From contig JAHBUY010000007.1 of the NCBI GenBank assembly GCA_019637795.1, forward strand, positions 150,286 through 214,285: 64,000 nt of DNA, given 5' to 3'. The stretch's first letter is position 1. Each line of letters starts with the position of its first letter. The DNA comes from a bacterium. GTDB lineage: Bacteria > Desulfobacterota > Binatia > HRBIN30 > CADEER01. Shown here one piece after another: positions 26,052 to 41,742 of this stretch. The notes under the pieces are model-generated. The model searched no databases. It was not told the DNA's origin and worked only from the letters and a program-made list of their open reading frames with translations. The position numbers and the translations under genes are program-made.

Positions 26052-26909
26052 TCAGCCTCTTGCAGGGACGCAAGCGAGATCGTCGGGCAGTGGCGTGTCG
26101 TCGCCCTGCAGTAGTCGGAAAAACAACGCCAGGGCCGGGGCGGTCCTGGCACCGTACCAGGACAGTGCTTTGCCATCGATCAAGTGGACCGCCCCGGCCC
26201 GCCAGGCGGTGGTGTCGCGCAGGGCGGCGAGATCGGGAAGATGCCTGGTCGCAAAGGGGTATGGTTCGTCGGGCAGCAGGATGACCTGCGGATCGGCGGC
26301 GGCGATCGCCGCCAAGTCGACCGTGGGATAGCGAGCCGGCAGGCGGGCGCAGACGTTGTCGCCCCCCGCCCTCGCCAGGACGTCGTGGCAATAGGTGTCG
26401 GCGTTGAACGACATCCACGGCGTGCGCCAGATCGGACAGAAGACCCGGGGCCGGCGCCTGAGGAGCGGCCGGAGCACCGCGGCGGCGCGCCTGATCCGCT
26501 CGTCCAGGGCCGCGGCCGCGGCGTCCGCGGCGATGGCGGCGCCGAGGCGGAGGATCCCCTCCCCTGCTGCCTCGACGCTGGTGGGGAAGCTCACGAACAC
26601 CGGCAGGCCGTGGTCGACCAGGCGCGCGAAATGGGCGCGGTCGTTCTCCTCGCTGTTCATCACCACCAGATCCGGCTGCAGCGCCAGCAGGGCCTCGCAG
26701 TCGGCGGTCTTGGTGCCGCCCAGCCGCGCCAGGCGCGCGACGACGTCCGGCGGCTCGGTGCAGAAGCGGGTTGCCCCGACCAACCGCGCGCCGGCGCCGA
26801 GGTCGCACAACAGCTCGGTGACGCTCGGAACCAGGCTGACGATCCGGCGCGGCGGAGCCGGGAGCGTCAGCTCGCGGCCCAGATCATCGGCGACGCTGCG
26901 CCAGGCCAT
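26052..26909 (-). CDS. BtuF-like cobalamin/metal-binding periplasmic protein
   Basis: DDLGR...PRRIVSLVPSVTELL, GGTK, PDLV, IDG..LSWYG.R. Confidence 0.85.
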   Translation of the reverse strand: MAWRSVADDLGRELTLPAPPRRIVSLVPSVTELLCDLGAGARLVGATRFCTEPPDVVARLARLGGTKTADCEALLALQPDLVVMNSEENDRAHFARLVDHGLPVFVSFPTSVEAAGEGILRLGAAIAADAAAAALDERIRRAAAVLRPLLRRRPRVFCPIWRTPWMSFNADTYCHDVLARAGGDNVCARLPARYPTVDLAAIAAADPQVILLPDEPYPFATRHLPDLAALRDTTAWRAGAVHLIDGKALSWYGARTAPALALFFRLLQGDDTPLPDDLACVPARG

Positions 26910-26912
26910 CGG

Positions 26913-27137
26913 TCAGCCGGATTCACCTGCCGCGCCACCAGCGTGACCGACCGGGGTTGGAAAGCGGAACGGCACCGGTTCGGGCGACCGCGCGACGCGC
27001 ACCAGACCGGCGATGGCCGCGGCGGCGATGGCGCCGGCGAGCAGGAGGCCGACCGCGATCACCCTGCCGCCGAGTCGCCGCCGGCGGGGCGAAGGGGCGC
27101 GGCGCGCTTGGCGTCGTCGCGCGGGGCGGCGCGCCAT
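26913..27137 (-). CDS. Small single-TM membrane protein
   Basis: Arg-rich N-terminus followed by a hydrophobic helix; TGATG overlap with the upstream gene. Confidence 0.5.
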   Translation of the reverse strand: MARRPARRRQARRAPSPRRRRLGGRVIAVGLLLAGAIAAAAIAGLVRVARSPEPVPFRFPTPVGHAGGAAGESG

Positions 27138-28306
27138 CAGGCGCCCACGCGGTTGGTGAGGAGCGCGCCCACGGCCTGCCAGCCGCTGCGACGGTCCCAT
27201 CCGTCGACGCCGTTGTACCAGCGCAGTCCGAGGGCGCGTACGCGCCGACTGCGCTCGGCGACGGCGAAGGCGAGGCGCCAGGTCGGGCCATAGAAGAGCC
27301 GCGTCGCCAGATGCAGGCGGCGCAGCTTGGCGGCGAGCCACGACGTCTCGAACGCGCGCTGGTACGCGGCGGCCGAGGCATCGCGCCGCCGCACCGCGCC
27401 GATGATCGCGGCGGCGGCCAGGTCGCCGTACTCCATGGCCAGGGAGATGCCCTCGCCCATCAGTGGATCCACGCCGGCGGCGTCGCCGACCAGCCAGGCA
27501 CCGTCGCTGGCGATGCGCGCCCCGGGCTCGTACCAGTGGATCGGGAAGGCGACGCGGCGCGGCGCGCCGGCGCCGAGCTCACGCAGGTACTCGGTGAACG
27601 CCGCGTCGAGCGCCGCGCCAGTCGGGGTGACCGCGTAGGCGCCGATGTTGGCGTGCGGCACGCCGTCGATCAGGCAGGGAAACGCCCAGAGATAGCCGCG
27701 TACGCCGCGGCGCAGGAGGCGGAAATCGAAGTCGTAGCGGGCGCGCGTCGCGCCGTCCCAGCGGGTGTCTTCGACCGGGACGTCCGCCATCAGCGCCCGC
27801 GCGATGCGGGTGCGGGCGTCGTCCACCAGGCGCCGGCGCACCACGCTGCCGGCGCCGTCGGCGCCGATCACCAATGGCGTGTGCCAGGTGCGGTCCCCGG
27901 TGACGACGCGGATCCCGCCGCCGTCGCGTTCCAGCGCCTGGACCGGGGTGTCCTCGTGGATCTCGATGCCCCGGGCGCGCACCGCGTCGGCGAGTGCCGC
28001 GTCGAGCTCGTTGCGGCGGATCACGTAGCAGAGGTTCTGGTCGTCGTGCTCGACCGCGCGGGTCGGCGTCGCCACGTGGGCGCGGTGGACGGTGACGTGG
28101 GGTACGCCGAACGGCACGTCATGATCCGCCATCCACTGGCGCCCGGCCGGGATGAGGCCGCCGGCGCACACCTTCGGCCGCGGGTGACGCGCCTTCTCCA
28201 GGACGAGGACGTCGCGCGCCAGGGACGGGTCGCGGCGGTGCAGCGCGATCGCGGTGGCGGTGCCCGCCGGCCCGGAGCCGACGATGATGACGGGACGGCG
28301 CTCCAT
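27137..28306 (-). CDS. FAD-dependent oxidoreductase, geranylgeranyl reductase family
   Basis: IIVGSGPAG, PRPKVCAGG, IGADGAGS, LVGDAAG..PLMGEGI..A. Confidence 0.88.
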   Translation of the reverse strand: MERRPVIIVGSGPAGTATAIALHRRDPSLARDVLVLEKARHPRPKVCAGGLIPAGRQWMADHDVPFGVPHVTVHRAHVATPTRAVEHDDQNLCYVIRRNELDAALADAVRARGIEIHEDTPVQALERDGGGIRVVTGDRTWHTPLVIGADGAGSVVRRRLVDDARTRIARALMADVPVEDTRWDGATRARYDFDFRLLRRGVRGYLWAFPCLIDGVPHANIGAYAVTPTGAALDAAFTEYLRELGAGAPRRVAFPIHWYEPGARIASDGAWLVGDAAGVDPLMGEGISLAMEYGDLAAAAIIGAVRRRDASAAAYQRAFETSWLAAKLRRLHLATRLFYGPTWRLAFAVAERSRRVRALGLRWYNGVDGWDRRSGWQAVGALLTNRVGA

Positions 28307-28328
28307 GGCGCGGCGGTGCTCGCGAACG

Positions 28329-28733
28329 TCAGGGGCGCGGCTGCAGCGCCGTGCGCGCCCAGGCGACGATGTGTTCGGTGCTGGCCCCGGGGGTGAAGAT
28401 CTCGCGGATCCCCTGCGCCTTGAGCTCGGCGATGTCCTCCGGGGGGATGATGCCGCCGCCGAACAGCGGCACGTCGCCGCCGCCGCGCTCGCGCAACAGC
28501 GCCTGGACGGCCGGAAACAGGGTCATGTGGGCGCCGGAGAGGATGCTCAGCCCGATCGCGTCCACGTCCTCCTGCAGCGCCGCCTCGACGATCATCTCCG
28601 GCGTCTGGTGCAGGCCGGTGTAGATGACCTCGAAGCCGGCGTCGCGCAGCGCGCGGGCGATGATCTTGGCGCCGCGGTCGTGGCCGTCGAGCCCCGGCTT
28701 GGCGATCAGGATGCGCAGCCGTTGGTCCTGCAC
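28329..28733 (-). CDS. B12-binding small subunit of acyl-CoA mutase (IcmB/MCM C-terminal type)
   Basis: [11 protein letters not shown] (DxHxxG), [15 protein letters not shown]. Confidence 0.95.
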   Translation of the reverse strand: MQDQRLRILIAKPGLDGHDRGAKIIARALRDAGFEVIYTGLHQTPEMIVEAALQEDVDAIGLSILSGAHMTLFPAVQALLRERGGGDVPLFGGGIIPPEDIAELKAQGIREIFTPGASTEHIVAWARTALQPRP

Positions 28734-28735
28734 GC

Positions 28736-30364
<1,629 letters not shown>

Positions 30365-30368
30365 GATC

Positions 30369-30608
30369 CTACTCCGTGCGGACGAGGCGCAGGCGCGGCC
30401 CCTCGGCCTCGCGCTCGCGGCCGCGGATGAGGCCCTGCGCGATGTGCAGCCAGTCGGCGCGCACCAACAGGCGCACCTCGCCGATGCCGAGCGGCTTGAC
30501 GGTCAGCCGCCCGCCCTCGATCAGGCAGGGCACTCCGAACTGTTCCAGATAGCCCTTCACGAGGTGAGCCTGGAACTCGTTGGACGTGCTGTAACATGGC
30601 TCCCACAT
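30369..30608 (-). CDS. DUF2007-like putative signal-transducing protein
   Basis: [15 protein letters not shown]...G....GEVRLLV pattern. Confidence 0.65.
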   Translation of the reverse strand: MWEPCYSTSNEFQAHLVKGYLEQFGVPCLIEGGRLTVKPLGIGEVRLLVRADWLHIAQGLIRGREREAEGPRLRLVRTE

Positions 30609-30774
30609 CAGGCAGGACTTGACCGCAGAGGCGCAGAGGGACGGAGCGTGCCTGCCAGCGGCCACCGTCCGATCTCTCGTGGAAGATCCGAATGCATCTC
30701 TCGACCGAGCTCTCGCTTGGTATGCGTCTGAGCGCCGCGATCTCGACGTCTCTGCGCCTTCGCGGTGAAGTCCA

Positions 30775-31731
30775 TCAGTTGTAGTCCGGCTTGAGGTCGA
30801 AGCGGTGGACCGAGCGCAGGAAGCGCACGGTATGGGTGCGCGAGCGCATGACCACCGAGTTGGTCGCGCCACCGCCGCGGAAAAAGCGGACGCCGTCGAG
30901 ATAGTCGCCGTTGGTGACGCCGGTGCCAGCGAACATGACGCTGCCGGAGGCCATCTCCTCGATGTCGTAGATCTTGGCCAGGTCGCGGATGCCCATCTCC
31001 CGCGCCCGCTCGGCGTCGTCACCGTTGCGTGGGACGAGGCGCGCCTGCATATCGCCGGCGGCGCAGCGCAGCGCCGCCGCGGTGAGGATGCCCTGGCGGG
31101 CGCCGCCGGTCCCGATCAACATGTCGATGCCCGACTCCGGGTTGGTCGTCGCCATGGCCGCGGCGACGTCGCCGTCCCGCAGCAGGCGTACGCGGGCGCC
31201 GGCGCGGCGCACCTCCTCGATCAGCTTCTCGTGCCGCGGCCGGTCGAGGATGGCGACGGTCAGGTCGGCGACGTAGACGCCGCGCGCCTCCGCGATGGTG
31301 CGCAGGTTGTCGGTCGGGCTCCGTTCGAGCTTGATCAGCCCGCGCGCCTCGGGACCGACGGCGATCTTCTCCATGTGCATGTCCGGACAGCGGAGGAATC
31401 CGTTGCGCTCGGCGATGGCGACGATGGAGAGCGCGTTGTAGCCGCCGGTGGCGCAGATCGCGGCGCCCTCCAGCGGGTCGAGCGCGACGTCGAGCTCGGG
31501 TCCGGTGCCGTTGCCGACCCGGGCGCCGACCGGCAGCACCCCGCCCTCGGCGTCCTCGGCATCGCCGATGACGATGACGCCGTTGATGGCGATCGAGCGA
31601 AAGGTGCGCAGCATCGCCTCCGCGCCGGCGCGGTCGGTGGCGTCGATGTCGCCGCGTCCCATGAGGCGCGCCGACGCCAGCGCCGCCGCTTCGGTCACAC
31701 GCACCGCTTCAAGAGCCAGATTCCGATCCAT
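30775..31731 (-). CDS. glpX: Fructose-1,6-bisphosphatase class II
   Basis: MDRNLALEAVRVTEAAA, DVALDPLEG, MEKIAVGP, ILDRPRH, DGDVAAA. Confidence 0.92.
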   Translation of the reverse strand: MDRNLALEAVRVTEAAALASARLMGRGDIDATDRAGAEAMLRTFRSIAINGVIVIGDAEDAEGGVLPVGARVGNGTGPELDVALDPLEGAAICATGGYNALSIVAIAERNGFLRCPDMHMEKIAVGPEARGLIKLERSPTDNLRTIAEARGVYVADLTVAILDRPRHEKLIEEVRRAGARVRLLRDGDVAAAMATTNPESGIDMLIGTGGARQGILTAAALRCAAGDMQARLVPRNGDDAERAREMGIRDLAKIYDIEEMASGSVMFAGTGVTNGDYLDGVRFFRGGGATNSVVMRSRTHTVRFLRSVHRFDLKPDYN

Positions 31732-31923
31732 GACAGGCCGTTCCACTCCCAGCTCCGGCAGGCGTTGAGGCGCCGGAACATTCGCATCGGCACTATACCG
31801 AGGTCGGTGTGGTTTTCCTACAATCGTCGCGGACTTGGCGCGCTTCGACCGGTGAACGCGATGATCGCCGAGCGGGGACGCGTCTTCGGCTGCCCGGGGG
31901 CGGAGGCTCCCCCGCCGGCCTGA

Positions 31924-33240
31924 TCAGCTCAGACTCTCCTCGATCCGAATGACCGTCGTCCGGGCGCGCACGACGCTGAGCCGATCGATGGCCTTCACGG
32001 CCCTGCGCAGGGTCTGCTCGCCAACGTCGTGGGTGCGGATGACCACCGGCACCACCCGGCCGTGCTCGCGTTCGCGCTGGATGACGCTGGCGATGGACAC
32101 CTCGTGCTGGCCCAGGATGCCGGCGATGCGACCGAGAACGCCCGGGCGGTCGACGACCATGAAGCGCAGGTAGTATTCGCCGTGCAGGCCGTCGAGCGCC
32201 AGGGCGCGGGCCCGCGCCTGCTGCCGCACCGGGTAGCCGAGCGGCGCCACCCGGCCACGGCACCCGTGGAGGCGGTCGCGCGCGACGGCCATGAGGTCGG
32301 CGACCACCGCCGTCGCGGTCGGCATCATCCCCGCGCCGGCGCCGACGTACATGCTCGGGCCGAGCGCCTCGCCGTGCACGACGATGGCGTTGAGCGCGCC
32401 GTTGATCTCGGCCAGCGGGTGTCGGCGGCTGACCATCGTCGGCTGCACCGAAGCCTCGATGCGCTCTCCTGCCCGCTTGGCGACGGCGAGCGATTTGATC
32501 GCGTAGCCGAACTCGCGCGCGAAGGCGATGTCCGCCTGGCTGACGTGGCGAATGCCCTCGACGCGCACCGCGTCGAAGGGCACCCGGACGCCGAACGCGA
32601 GTTGGATGAGCAGGGTCAGCTTGTGCGCCGCGTCGATGCCGTCGACGTCGAACGACGGATCCGCTTCCGCCAGGCCGTCGGCCTGCGCGCTCCGCAGCAC
32701 GTCGGCGAACTCGCCGCCGGCGTCGCTCATTCGGCTCAGGATGTAGTTCGAGGTGCCGTTGACGATGCCGTAGACCGCCTGGTTGCGGTCGCCGCACAGC
32801 CCTTCCTTCAGCACGCGGATGATCGGGATGCCGCCACCGACGCTGGCTTCGAAGGCGACCTGGACGCCCTGCCGTTCGGCGGCGCGGAAGATCTCGTCGC
32901 CGTGATGCGCGAGGAGCGCCTTGTTGGCGGTGACGACGTCCTTGCCGGCGGCGATCGCTTCCATCACGAAGCGGCGCGCCAGGCCCGTGCCGCCCATCAG
33001 CTCGATGACGATGTCGATCGCCGGATCGTCGAGGATGCGCCGCGCGTCGCCCACCAGGACGCCGCGTCCCAGCTTGACGCCGCGGTCGCGCCGCGTGTCG
33101 ACGTCGGCGATTCGTACCAGGTCGAGGCCCACCCCGACGCGGTCGCGGATGGAGCCGCGCTGGCGCTGCAGCAGCTTGACCACGCCGGTGCCGATGGTGC
33201 CGAAGCCGATCAGTCCGATGCGAATGGCGTTGTTCCCCAC
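31924..33240 (-). CDS. hom: Homoserine dehydrogenase with C-terminal ACT
   Basis: GFGTIGTG, VVTANKALLA, FEASVGGGIP, NGTSNYIL, DRPGVL. Confidence 0.95.
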   Translation of the reverse strand: MGNNAIRIGLIGFGTIGTGVVKLLQRQRGSIRDRVGVGLDLVRIADVDTRRDRGVKLGRGVLVGDARRILDDPAIDIVIELMGGTGLARRFVMEAIAAGKDVVTANKALLAHHGDEIFRAAERQGVQVAFEASVGGGIPIIRVLKEGLCGDRNQAVYGIVNGTSNYILSRMSDAGGEFADVLRSAQADGLAEADPSFDVDGIDAAHKLTLLIQLAFGVRVPFDAVRVEGIRHVSQADIAFAREFGYAIKSLAVAKRAGERIEASVQPTMVSRRHPLAEINGALNAIVVHGEALGPSMYVGAGAGMMPTATAVVADLMAVARDRLHGCRGRVAPLGYPVRQQARARALALDGLHGEYYLRFMVVDRPGVLGRIAGILGQHEVSIASVIQREREHGRVVPVVIRTHDVGEQTLRRAVKAIDRLSVVRARTTVIRIEESLS

Positions 33241-33320
33241 GCGGGCTCTCCTCGTCCGGAACGGCGTGGTGTAATCGAAGGGCTCCGGGTGTGCAATCGG
33301 CGATTCGCCGCGTCACGCCT

Positions 33321-35090
33321 TCAGCGGCACGCGCTGGGCGCCGTTCCGGCGCTCGCGGGCGCGGCACCGATGTAGGCCAGGGCCTCGCGCAGCGTCTCGA
33401 TCATGTGGTCGACGCCGATCGCATCCGTGAGCCGGTGTCGGGCGAGGTCGTGCGCGAGCGACGGCGGCACGTGCACCAGCAGCACGGTGACGCCGGCCTG
33501 GCGCAGGTCGGACAGCACGGTGCCGAACACGCGCGCCGCGGAATAGTCGATGGCGGTGATGGCGCCGGCATCGATGACCAGCCAGCGCACGGGGGCGGGT
33601 GCGCTGGCGATCAGGCGGCGCAGCGTCGTCGCGAAGTGGTCGGCGTTGGCGTAGAAGAGGTCGGCGCCGAAGCGGAAGATGATCACGCCCGGCAGGCTCG
33701 CCGCCCCGGGACGGGCCGGCGTCGCACGCCACTGGCCGCTCTCGTCGGCGACCAGCACCGCCGTGTGCGGCAGATAGCTGTGCCGGACGTGGCGCATCAG
33801 CGACAGCGCCATGGCGAGCAGGATTCCCATTTCGACGCCAGCGCCGACGACCACCAGGGCGGTGGTGACGGCGAGGCGGAACTCGCCGACGGATTCGCGT
33901 CGGATCGCGGCCAGGCTGCGCAGGTCGATCAGACCGACGGCAATGGTGAAGACGATGGCGCCGAGGACGCAGCGCGGCAGGTAGGAGAGGATCTCGGCGA
34001 GGAACAGGAGGACCAGGGCGACCACGGCGGCAGTGCTCACGTGGGCGAGCTGACTGCGTCCGCCCGCCGCCTCGACCATCGCGGTCTGCGTCGGGCTGCC
34101 GTTGACCACGAAGGTGCCGGTCGCCGCGGCCGCCAGGTTGGCCGCCGCCAGTCCGACCAGGTCGTCGTTCTCGTCCACGCTCTGGCGGTGGCGCACGGCA
34201 TAGATGCGGGCCGTTGCCGCGCTCTGGGCGACGATGACGAGGAAACAGGAGGCGGCCACCGGCACCAGGGCGCGGATGTCGCGCCAGTCCAGGGGCGGCA
34301 GCGTCAGGTGCGGCAGGCCGCCGGCGATCGGCCCGATCACGTGCAGGCCGCGGCCGGCGAGGTCGAATGCGGCGCTGGCGGCGATCGCGCCGCCGACCGC
34401 GATCAGCGCGCCCGGGAGGCGAGGCGAGACGGCGCGGCAGACGAGCACCACGGCCACCACGCCGGTCGACAGGGCGAGCGCGGCGCCGTTGATCTCGGCG
34501 AGGCCGTGACGCAGCGCCGCCACCTGCTGCAGCGCGCCGCCCGGCGGGTTGTCGAGACCGAGCATCTCGCCCAGCACCGCGATGCCGACCTGGACGCCAA
34601 CCCCGGCGAGAAAGCCGACGAGCACCGTCTGGGACAGGAAGTCGGCGAGAAAGCCGAAGCGGAAGAGGCGCGCCAGCAACAGGTAGGCAGCGGTCAGCAG
34701 CGCCACCAGGCCCGCCAGGGCGACGTAGCGATTGCTGCCGGGCGCGGCGAGCGGCGCCAGGCCGCTGGCCAGGATGGCCGCGGTGGCGGAGTCGGCGGCC
34801 ACCACGAGAAAACGCGACGAGCCGAGCGCGGCGAACGCCAGGAGCGGCAGCAGGAGCGTGTAGAGCCCGGTGACCACCGGCATGCCGGCGATGGTCGAAT
34901 AGCCGAGCGCCTGCGGGACGTTCATCGCCGCCAGGCTCAGGCCGGCCAGCACGTCGCCGCCGGCGTCGGCGGCGCTCGCCGGGCGCATGCCCGCGAGGAG
35001 CGTCCACCGCCGGGCGCTGGCGAGCGGGGTGTCGACGGGCTGCCGCGCCCGGTTCGGCGGGCGCTCGGGGTCCTTCGTCGCACCGCGCAT
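33321..35090 (-). CDS. SulP-family anion transporter with STAS domain
   Basis: DVLAGLSLAA..VPQALGY, GLY, NGSPTQT, C-terminal LFYANA/DYSA STAS. Confidence 0.9.
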   Translation of the reverse strand: MRGATKDPERPPNRARQPVDTPLASARRWTLLAGMRPASAADAGGDVLAGLSLAAMNVPQALGYSTIAGMPVVTGLYTLLLPLLAFAALGSSRFLVVAADSATAAILASGLAPLAAPGSNRYVALAGLVALLTAAYLLLARLFRFGFLADFLSQTVLVGFLAGVGVQVGIAVLGEMLGLDNPPGGALQQVAALRHGLAEINGAALALSTGVVAVVLVCRAVSPRLPGALIAVGGAIAASAAFDLAGRGLHVIGPIAGGLPHLTLPPLDWRDIRALVPVAASCFLVIVAQSAATARIYAVRHRQSVDENDDLVGLAAANLAAAATGTFVVNGSPTQTAMVEAAGGRSQLAHVSTAAVVALVLLFLAEILSYLPRCVLGAIVFTIAVGLIDLRSLAAIRRESVGEFRLAVTTALVVVGAGVEMGILLAMALSLMRHVRHSYLPHTAVLVADESGQWRATPARPGAASLPGVIIFRFGADLFYANADHFATTLRRLIASAPAPVRWLVIDAGAITAIDYSAARVFGTVLSDLRQAGVTVLLVHVPPSLAHDLARHRLTDAIGVDHMIETLREALAYIGAAPASAGTAPSACR

Positions 35091-35136
35091 CGACGGGCGG
35101 TTAGCACGCGTCCAGGAGCTGTGCCATTGGACGTCA

Positions 35137-36015
35137 ATGCCCCACTGGCGCCGCGCCGTCCTTCTCGGAGTCACGGCGCTGGTCGCCGTCGGCGCGGCGG
35201 CGTACTGGTCGGCCGGCGAGTGGGCGGCCGCCGACCACCGCCGCGTCGGCCAGCCGCCGCCCGACCTGCCGGCGCAGGCGGTCGACTTCCGCGCCGCGGA
35301 TGGCGACACGCTGCGCGGCTGGTTCGTGCCCGGCGAGCCCGGCGGCGGCGCGGTGCTGCTGATGCACGGGTCGCACGAGACGCGGCGCGCCATGATCGGG
35401 CGGGCGCGCTTCCTCCACCGCCACGGCTACACGGTGCTGCTCTTCGACTTCCACGCCTACGGGGAGAGCAGTGGCACCCGCACCACCTTCGGCTACGGCG
35501 AGGCCGCCGACGCGGCGGCGGCGGTGGCGTTACTGCGAACCCTGGCGCCAGGGGAGCGCGTCGCCGCCATCGGGTTCTCACTCGGTGGCGCCGCCGCGCT
35601 GCTCGGCGAACAGCCGCTCGCGGTCGATGCCCTGATCGTCGAAGCCGTCTACGCGGACATCCGCGACGCGGTCGCCAACCGGCTCCGCCTGCGCTTCGGC
35701 CCGCTCGGGCCGTGGCTGGCGCCGTTGCTGACGGCGCAGGTCGGCTGGCGCTTCGGCCTGCGCCTGGACCAACTCCGACCGGTCGAGGGCATGAAGCGGG
35801 TCCGCGTGCCGGTGCTGATCATCGCCGGCGCCGCGGACGGGCGGGCCCCGCCTGCCGATGCGCAGCGCCTGTTCGCCGCCGCCCACGAGCCGAAGCGGCT
35901 GTGGATCGTGCCCGGCGCGGCGCACGTGAACTTCCAGCACTTCGCTCCGGGGGAATACGAGGCGCACGTCCTCGCGTTCCTCGACCGGTATCTGCGCGGC
36001 AGCGCCGCGCCCTGA
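35137..36015 (+). CDS. Alpha/beta hydrolase
   Basis: GFSLG nucleophile elbow, PVLIIAG..D, AAH. Confidence 0.85.
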   Translation: MPHWRRAVLLGVTALVAVGAAAYWSAGEWAAADHRRVGQPPPDLPAQAVDFRAADGDTLRGWFVPGEPGGGAVLLMHGSHETRRAMIGRARFLHRHGYTVLLFDFHAYGESSGTRTTFGYGEAADAAAAVALLRTLAPGERVAAIGFSLGGAAALLGEQPLAVDALIVEAVYADIRDAVANRLRLRFGPLGPWLAPLLTAQVGWRFGLRLDQLRPVEGMKRVRVPVLIIAGAADGRAPPADAQRLFAAAHEPKRLWIVPGAAHVNFQHFAPGEYEAHVLAFLDRYLRGSAAP

Positions 36016-36046
36016 GCGCGATGTCCGGGGGGTGTCGCCCGCCAGG

Positions 36047-38524
36047 TCAGCCGATCTCGGCCAGACCCAGGCGGCCCTTCCAGCGGTGCTCGAGCACCTG
36101 GCGCAGTGGCGCGGACTCCGATGAGCGGAGATGCGGGTCGACGGTGAGCCACTGCTCGGCGGCCTCGCGCGCCTCGGCCAGCGTCCGGGTGTCGCGGATC
36201 AGGCTGGCGACCCGGAAGTCCGGCAGCCCGTGCTGGCGGGTGCCGAGGAAATCGCCGGGGCCGCGCAGCTCGAGATCGACCTCCGCGATGCGGAAGCCGT
36301 CGGTCGTCGACGCCATCGCCTGCAGGCGGCGATAGGTGTCCGACGCGCGGTCGGCGACGTAGGGCGCGACCAGCAGGCAGACGGCGTCCTCGCTGCCGCG
36401 CCCGACACGACCGCGCAACTGGTGCAACTGCGAAAGGCCGAAGCGCTCGGCGTGCTCGATCACCATCACGGTGGCGTTGGGGACGTCGACCCCGACCTCG
36501 ACGACGGTGGTGGTCACCAGCACCTGGATCTCGCCAGCGCGGAAGCGGCGCATGACGGCGTCCTTCTCGTCCGCCTTCATCCGGCCGTGCAGGAGACTGA
36601 CCCGGATGCCGCTTCCCTTGAATACCGTCTCGCGCAGCGCCTCGCACATGGTCGTGGCGTCGCGCAGGTCCTCCTTCTCCGACGCCTCCACCAAGGGATA
36701 GACGATGTACGCCTGGCGGCCGCGGGTCAGGTGTTCGCGAACCCGGTCGTAGAGCTGCCGGCGGGCCGCTTCGTTGACGATGTGGGTGCGCACCGGTCTG
36801 CGGCCGGGCGGCAGCTCATCGAGCAGCGACACGTCGAGGTCGCTGTAGATGGTCATCGCCAGCGTGCGTGGGATCGGGGTCGCGGTCATCAACAGGATGT
36901 GCGGCAGCGGGCCGTCAGGATCGCCGCGCAACTGGGCCAGCGCGGCGCGCTGCAGGACTCCGAAGCGGTGTTGCTCGTCGATCACGCCGAGCGCCAGCCG
37001 CGGCATGCGCACGCCAGCCTGGATCAGTGCATGGGTGCCGACGGCGAGTTGCACCTCGCCGCCCTCGAGGGCGGCGCGCAGCGCCCCGCGCTTGCCGCGC
37101 GCCGCCTCGCCGGTCAGCAGGGCGATGCGGACGCCGAGCGGCTCGGCCAGCGTCGACAGCGTGCGGTGGTGCTGTTCCGCCAGCAGCTCGGTCGGCGCCA
37201 TGAACGCCGCCTGGTAGCCGGACTCGATCGCGGCGAGCGCGGCGTAGAGGGCGACCACCGTCTTGCCGCTGCCGACGTCGCCCTGCACCAGGCGGTGCAT
37301 GGGATGGCCGCGGGCGAGATCGCGCTCGATGTCGGCGATCACCCGCCGCTGCGCCCCGGTGAGCGCGAAGGGCAGCGCCGCGCCGAGCCGTTGGCTGAGC
37401 GGGCCGCCCGTGCGGAGCGGCAGTCCAGCTTCGCGGGCGATCTGACGTCGCTTCAGCCCGAGGCCGAGCTGGAGGAAGAAGAGCTCGTCGAACACCAGGG
37501 CGCGGTGCGCCTCGGTGGCGAAGCGGTTGAGGCGGTCGACGTCCGCCTCGGGCGACGGCGCGTGCAGGGCGCGCAGGGCGAGACCGGGGTCGGCGATGCC
37601 GGCGCGCGCCACGATCGCCGCCGGGATGACGCGCGGCACGCTGTCGGCGTGCTCGGCCGCGGCGCGCTGGACGATGCGCCGCATGGTGGCGAGCGGCAGG
37701 GTCGTCGGCTTCTCGTAGACCGGGACGATGCCGGCGTTCGCCTCGCTGTCGGGCGACAGCTCGACGTCGGGATGGACGATCCGCTTGCCCCCCGCGGGCG
37801 TGCGCTCGACGCGGCCGTAGACGCGGCAGCGCTGCCCGGTGCGGTAGCGGGCGCGATAGGACGTGACGTGGTTGTACCAGACGAGACCGAGCAGCCCGCT
37901 GTCGTCGCGCAGCGTGCCCTCGAGGATGCGGCGACGGGCGCGCCCGACGGTCCGTTCCTCGAGCTGCACCAACTCGCCGACGATGCCCGCTTCCTCGCCG
38001 ATCCGCACGCTGGCGATGTCGCGCAGGCGGCGCCGATCCTCGTAGCGGAACGGCAGGTGGTAGAGGAGGTCCTCGACCGTCTCGAGGCCGAACTTGCCCA
38101 ACTTCGGCGCCCGACTGGGGCCGACCTCCTTCGCGTACTGCACCCCCAGGCGGAGCCGCTCGAGCGCCGCGGTCACGTCGTCCGTCTGCTGCCGGTACCG
38201 CGGCTCGATGTCGCGGCCGCCCTGCCCCGCCACCATGGCCGCGAGGTCGCGGCACTCGGCGGCGAGCCGGGCCCGTTCGGCAGCGGCGGATGCCGCTTCC
38301 AGGCGTTCCAGCCGTTGGCACAGGGTGTCGAGCGCGGCGCGCCGGTCGCCGTCGACGGCGCGCCGGAGTTGCCGCCCGCGCGCGGCGAGCTGGCGGCCGG
38401 GGATCTGGGTGCGGGCAGCGGCGGCGGCGCCAGCCGACGCCAGGTAGTCGAGCGGGCGGCGCACGGCGACGAGGAACTCGCCCAGCGCGTCGCCGCTCGA
38501 CGGCGCTCCGGCAGGCTCGGGCAC
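36047..38524 (-). CDS. recG: ATP-dependent DNA helicase RecG (start approximate)
   Basis: DLLYHLPFRYEDR, QGDVGSGKT, DEQHRFG, MTATPIPRT, QLRGRVGRG. Confidence 0.95.
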   Translation of the reverse strand: MPEPAGAPSSGDALGEFLVAVRRPLDYLASAGAAAAARTQIPGRQLAARGRQLRRAVDGDRRAALDTLCQRLERLEAASAAAERARLAAECRDLAAMVAGQGGRDIEPRYRQQTDDVTAALERLRLGVQYAKEVGPSRAPKLGKFGLETVEDLLYHLPFRYEDRRRLRDIASVRIGEEAGIVGELVQLEERTVGRARRRILEGTLRDDSGLLGLVWYNHVTSYRARYRTGQRCRVYGRVERTPAGGKRIVHPDVELSPDSEANAGIVPVYEKPTTLPLATMRRIVQRAAAEHADSVPRVIPAAIVARAGIADPGLALRALHAPSPEADVDRLNRFATEAHRALVFDELFFLQLGLGLKRRQIAREAGLPLRTGGPLSQRLGAALPFALTGAQRRVIADIERDLARGHPMHRLVQGDVGSGKTVVALYAALAAIESGYQAAFMAPTELLAEQHHRTLSTLAEPLGVRIALLTGEAARGKRGALRAALEGGEVQLAVGTHALIQAGVRMPRLALGVIDEQHRFGVLQRAALAQLRGDPDGPLPHILLMTATPIPRTLAMTIYSDLDVSLLDELPPGRRPVRTHIVNEAARRQLYDRVREHLTRGRQAYIVYPLVEASEKEDLRDATTMCEALRETVFKGSGIRVSLLHGRMKADEKDAVMRRFRAGEIQVLVTTTVVEVGVDVPNATVMVIEHAERFGLSQLHQLRGRVGRGSEDAVCLLVAPYVADRASDTYRRLQAMASTTDGFRIAEVDLELRGPGDFLGTRQHGLPDFRVASLIRDTRTLAEAREAAEQWLTVDPHLRSSESAPLRQVLEHRWKGRLGLAEIG

Positions 38525-38540
38525 CTCGCGCTCCGCCGCG

Positions 38541-41738
<3,198 letters not shown>

Positions 41739-41742
41739 CGGC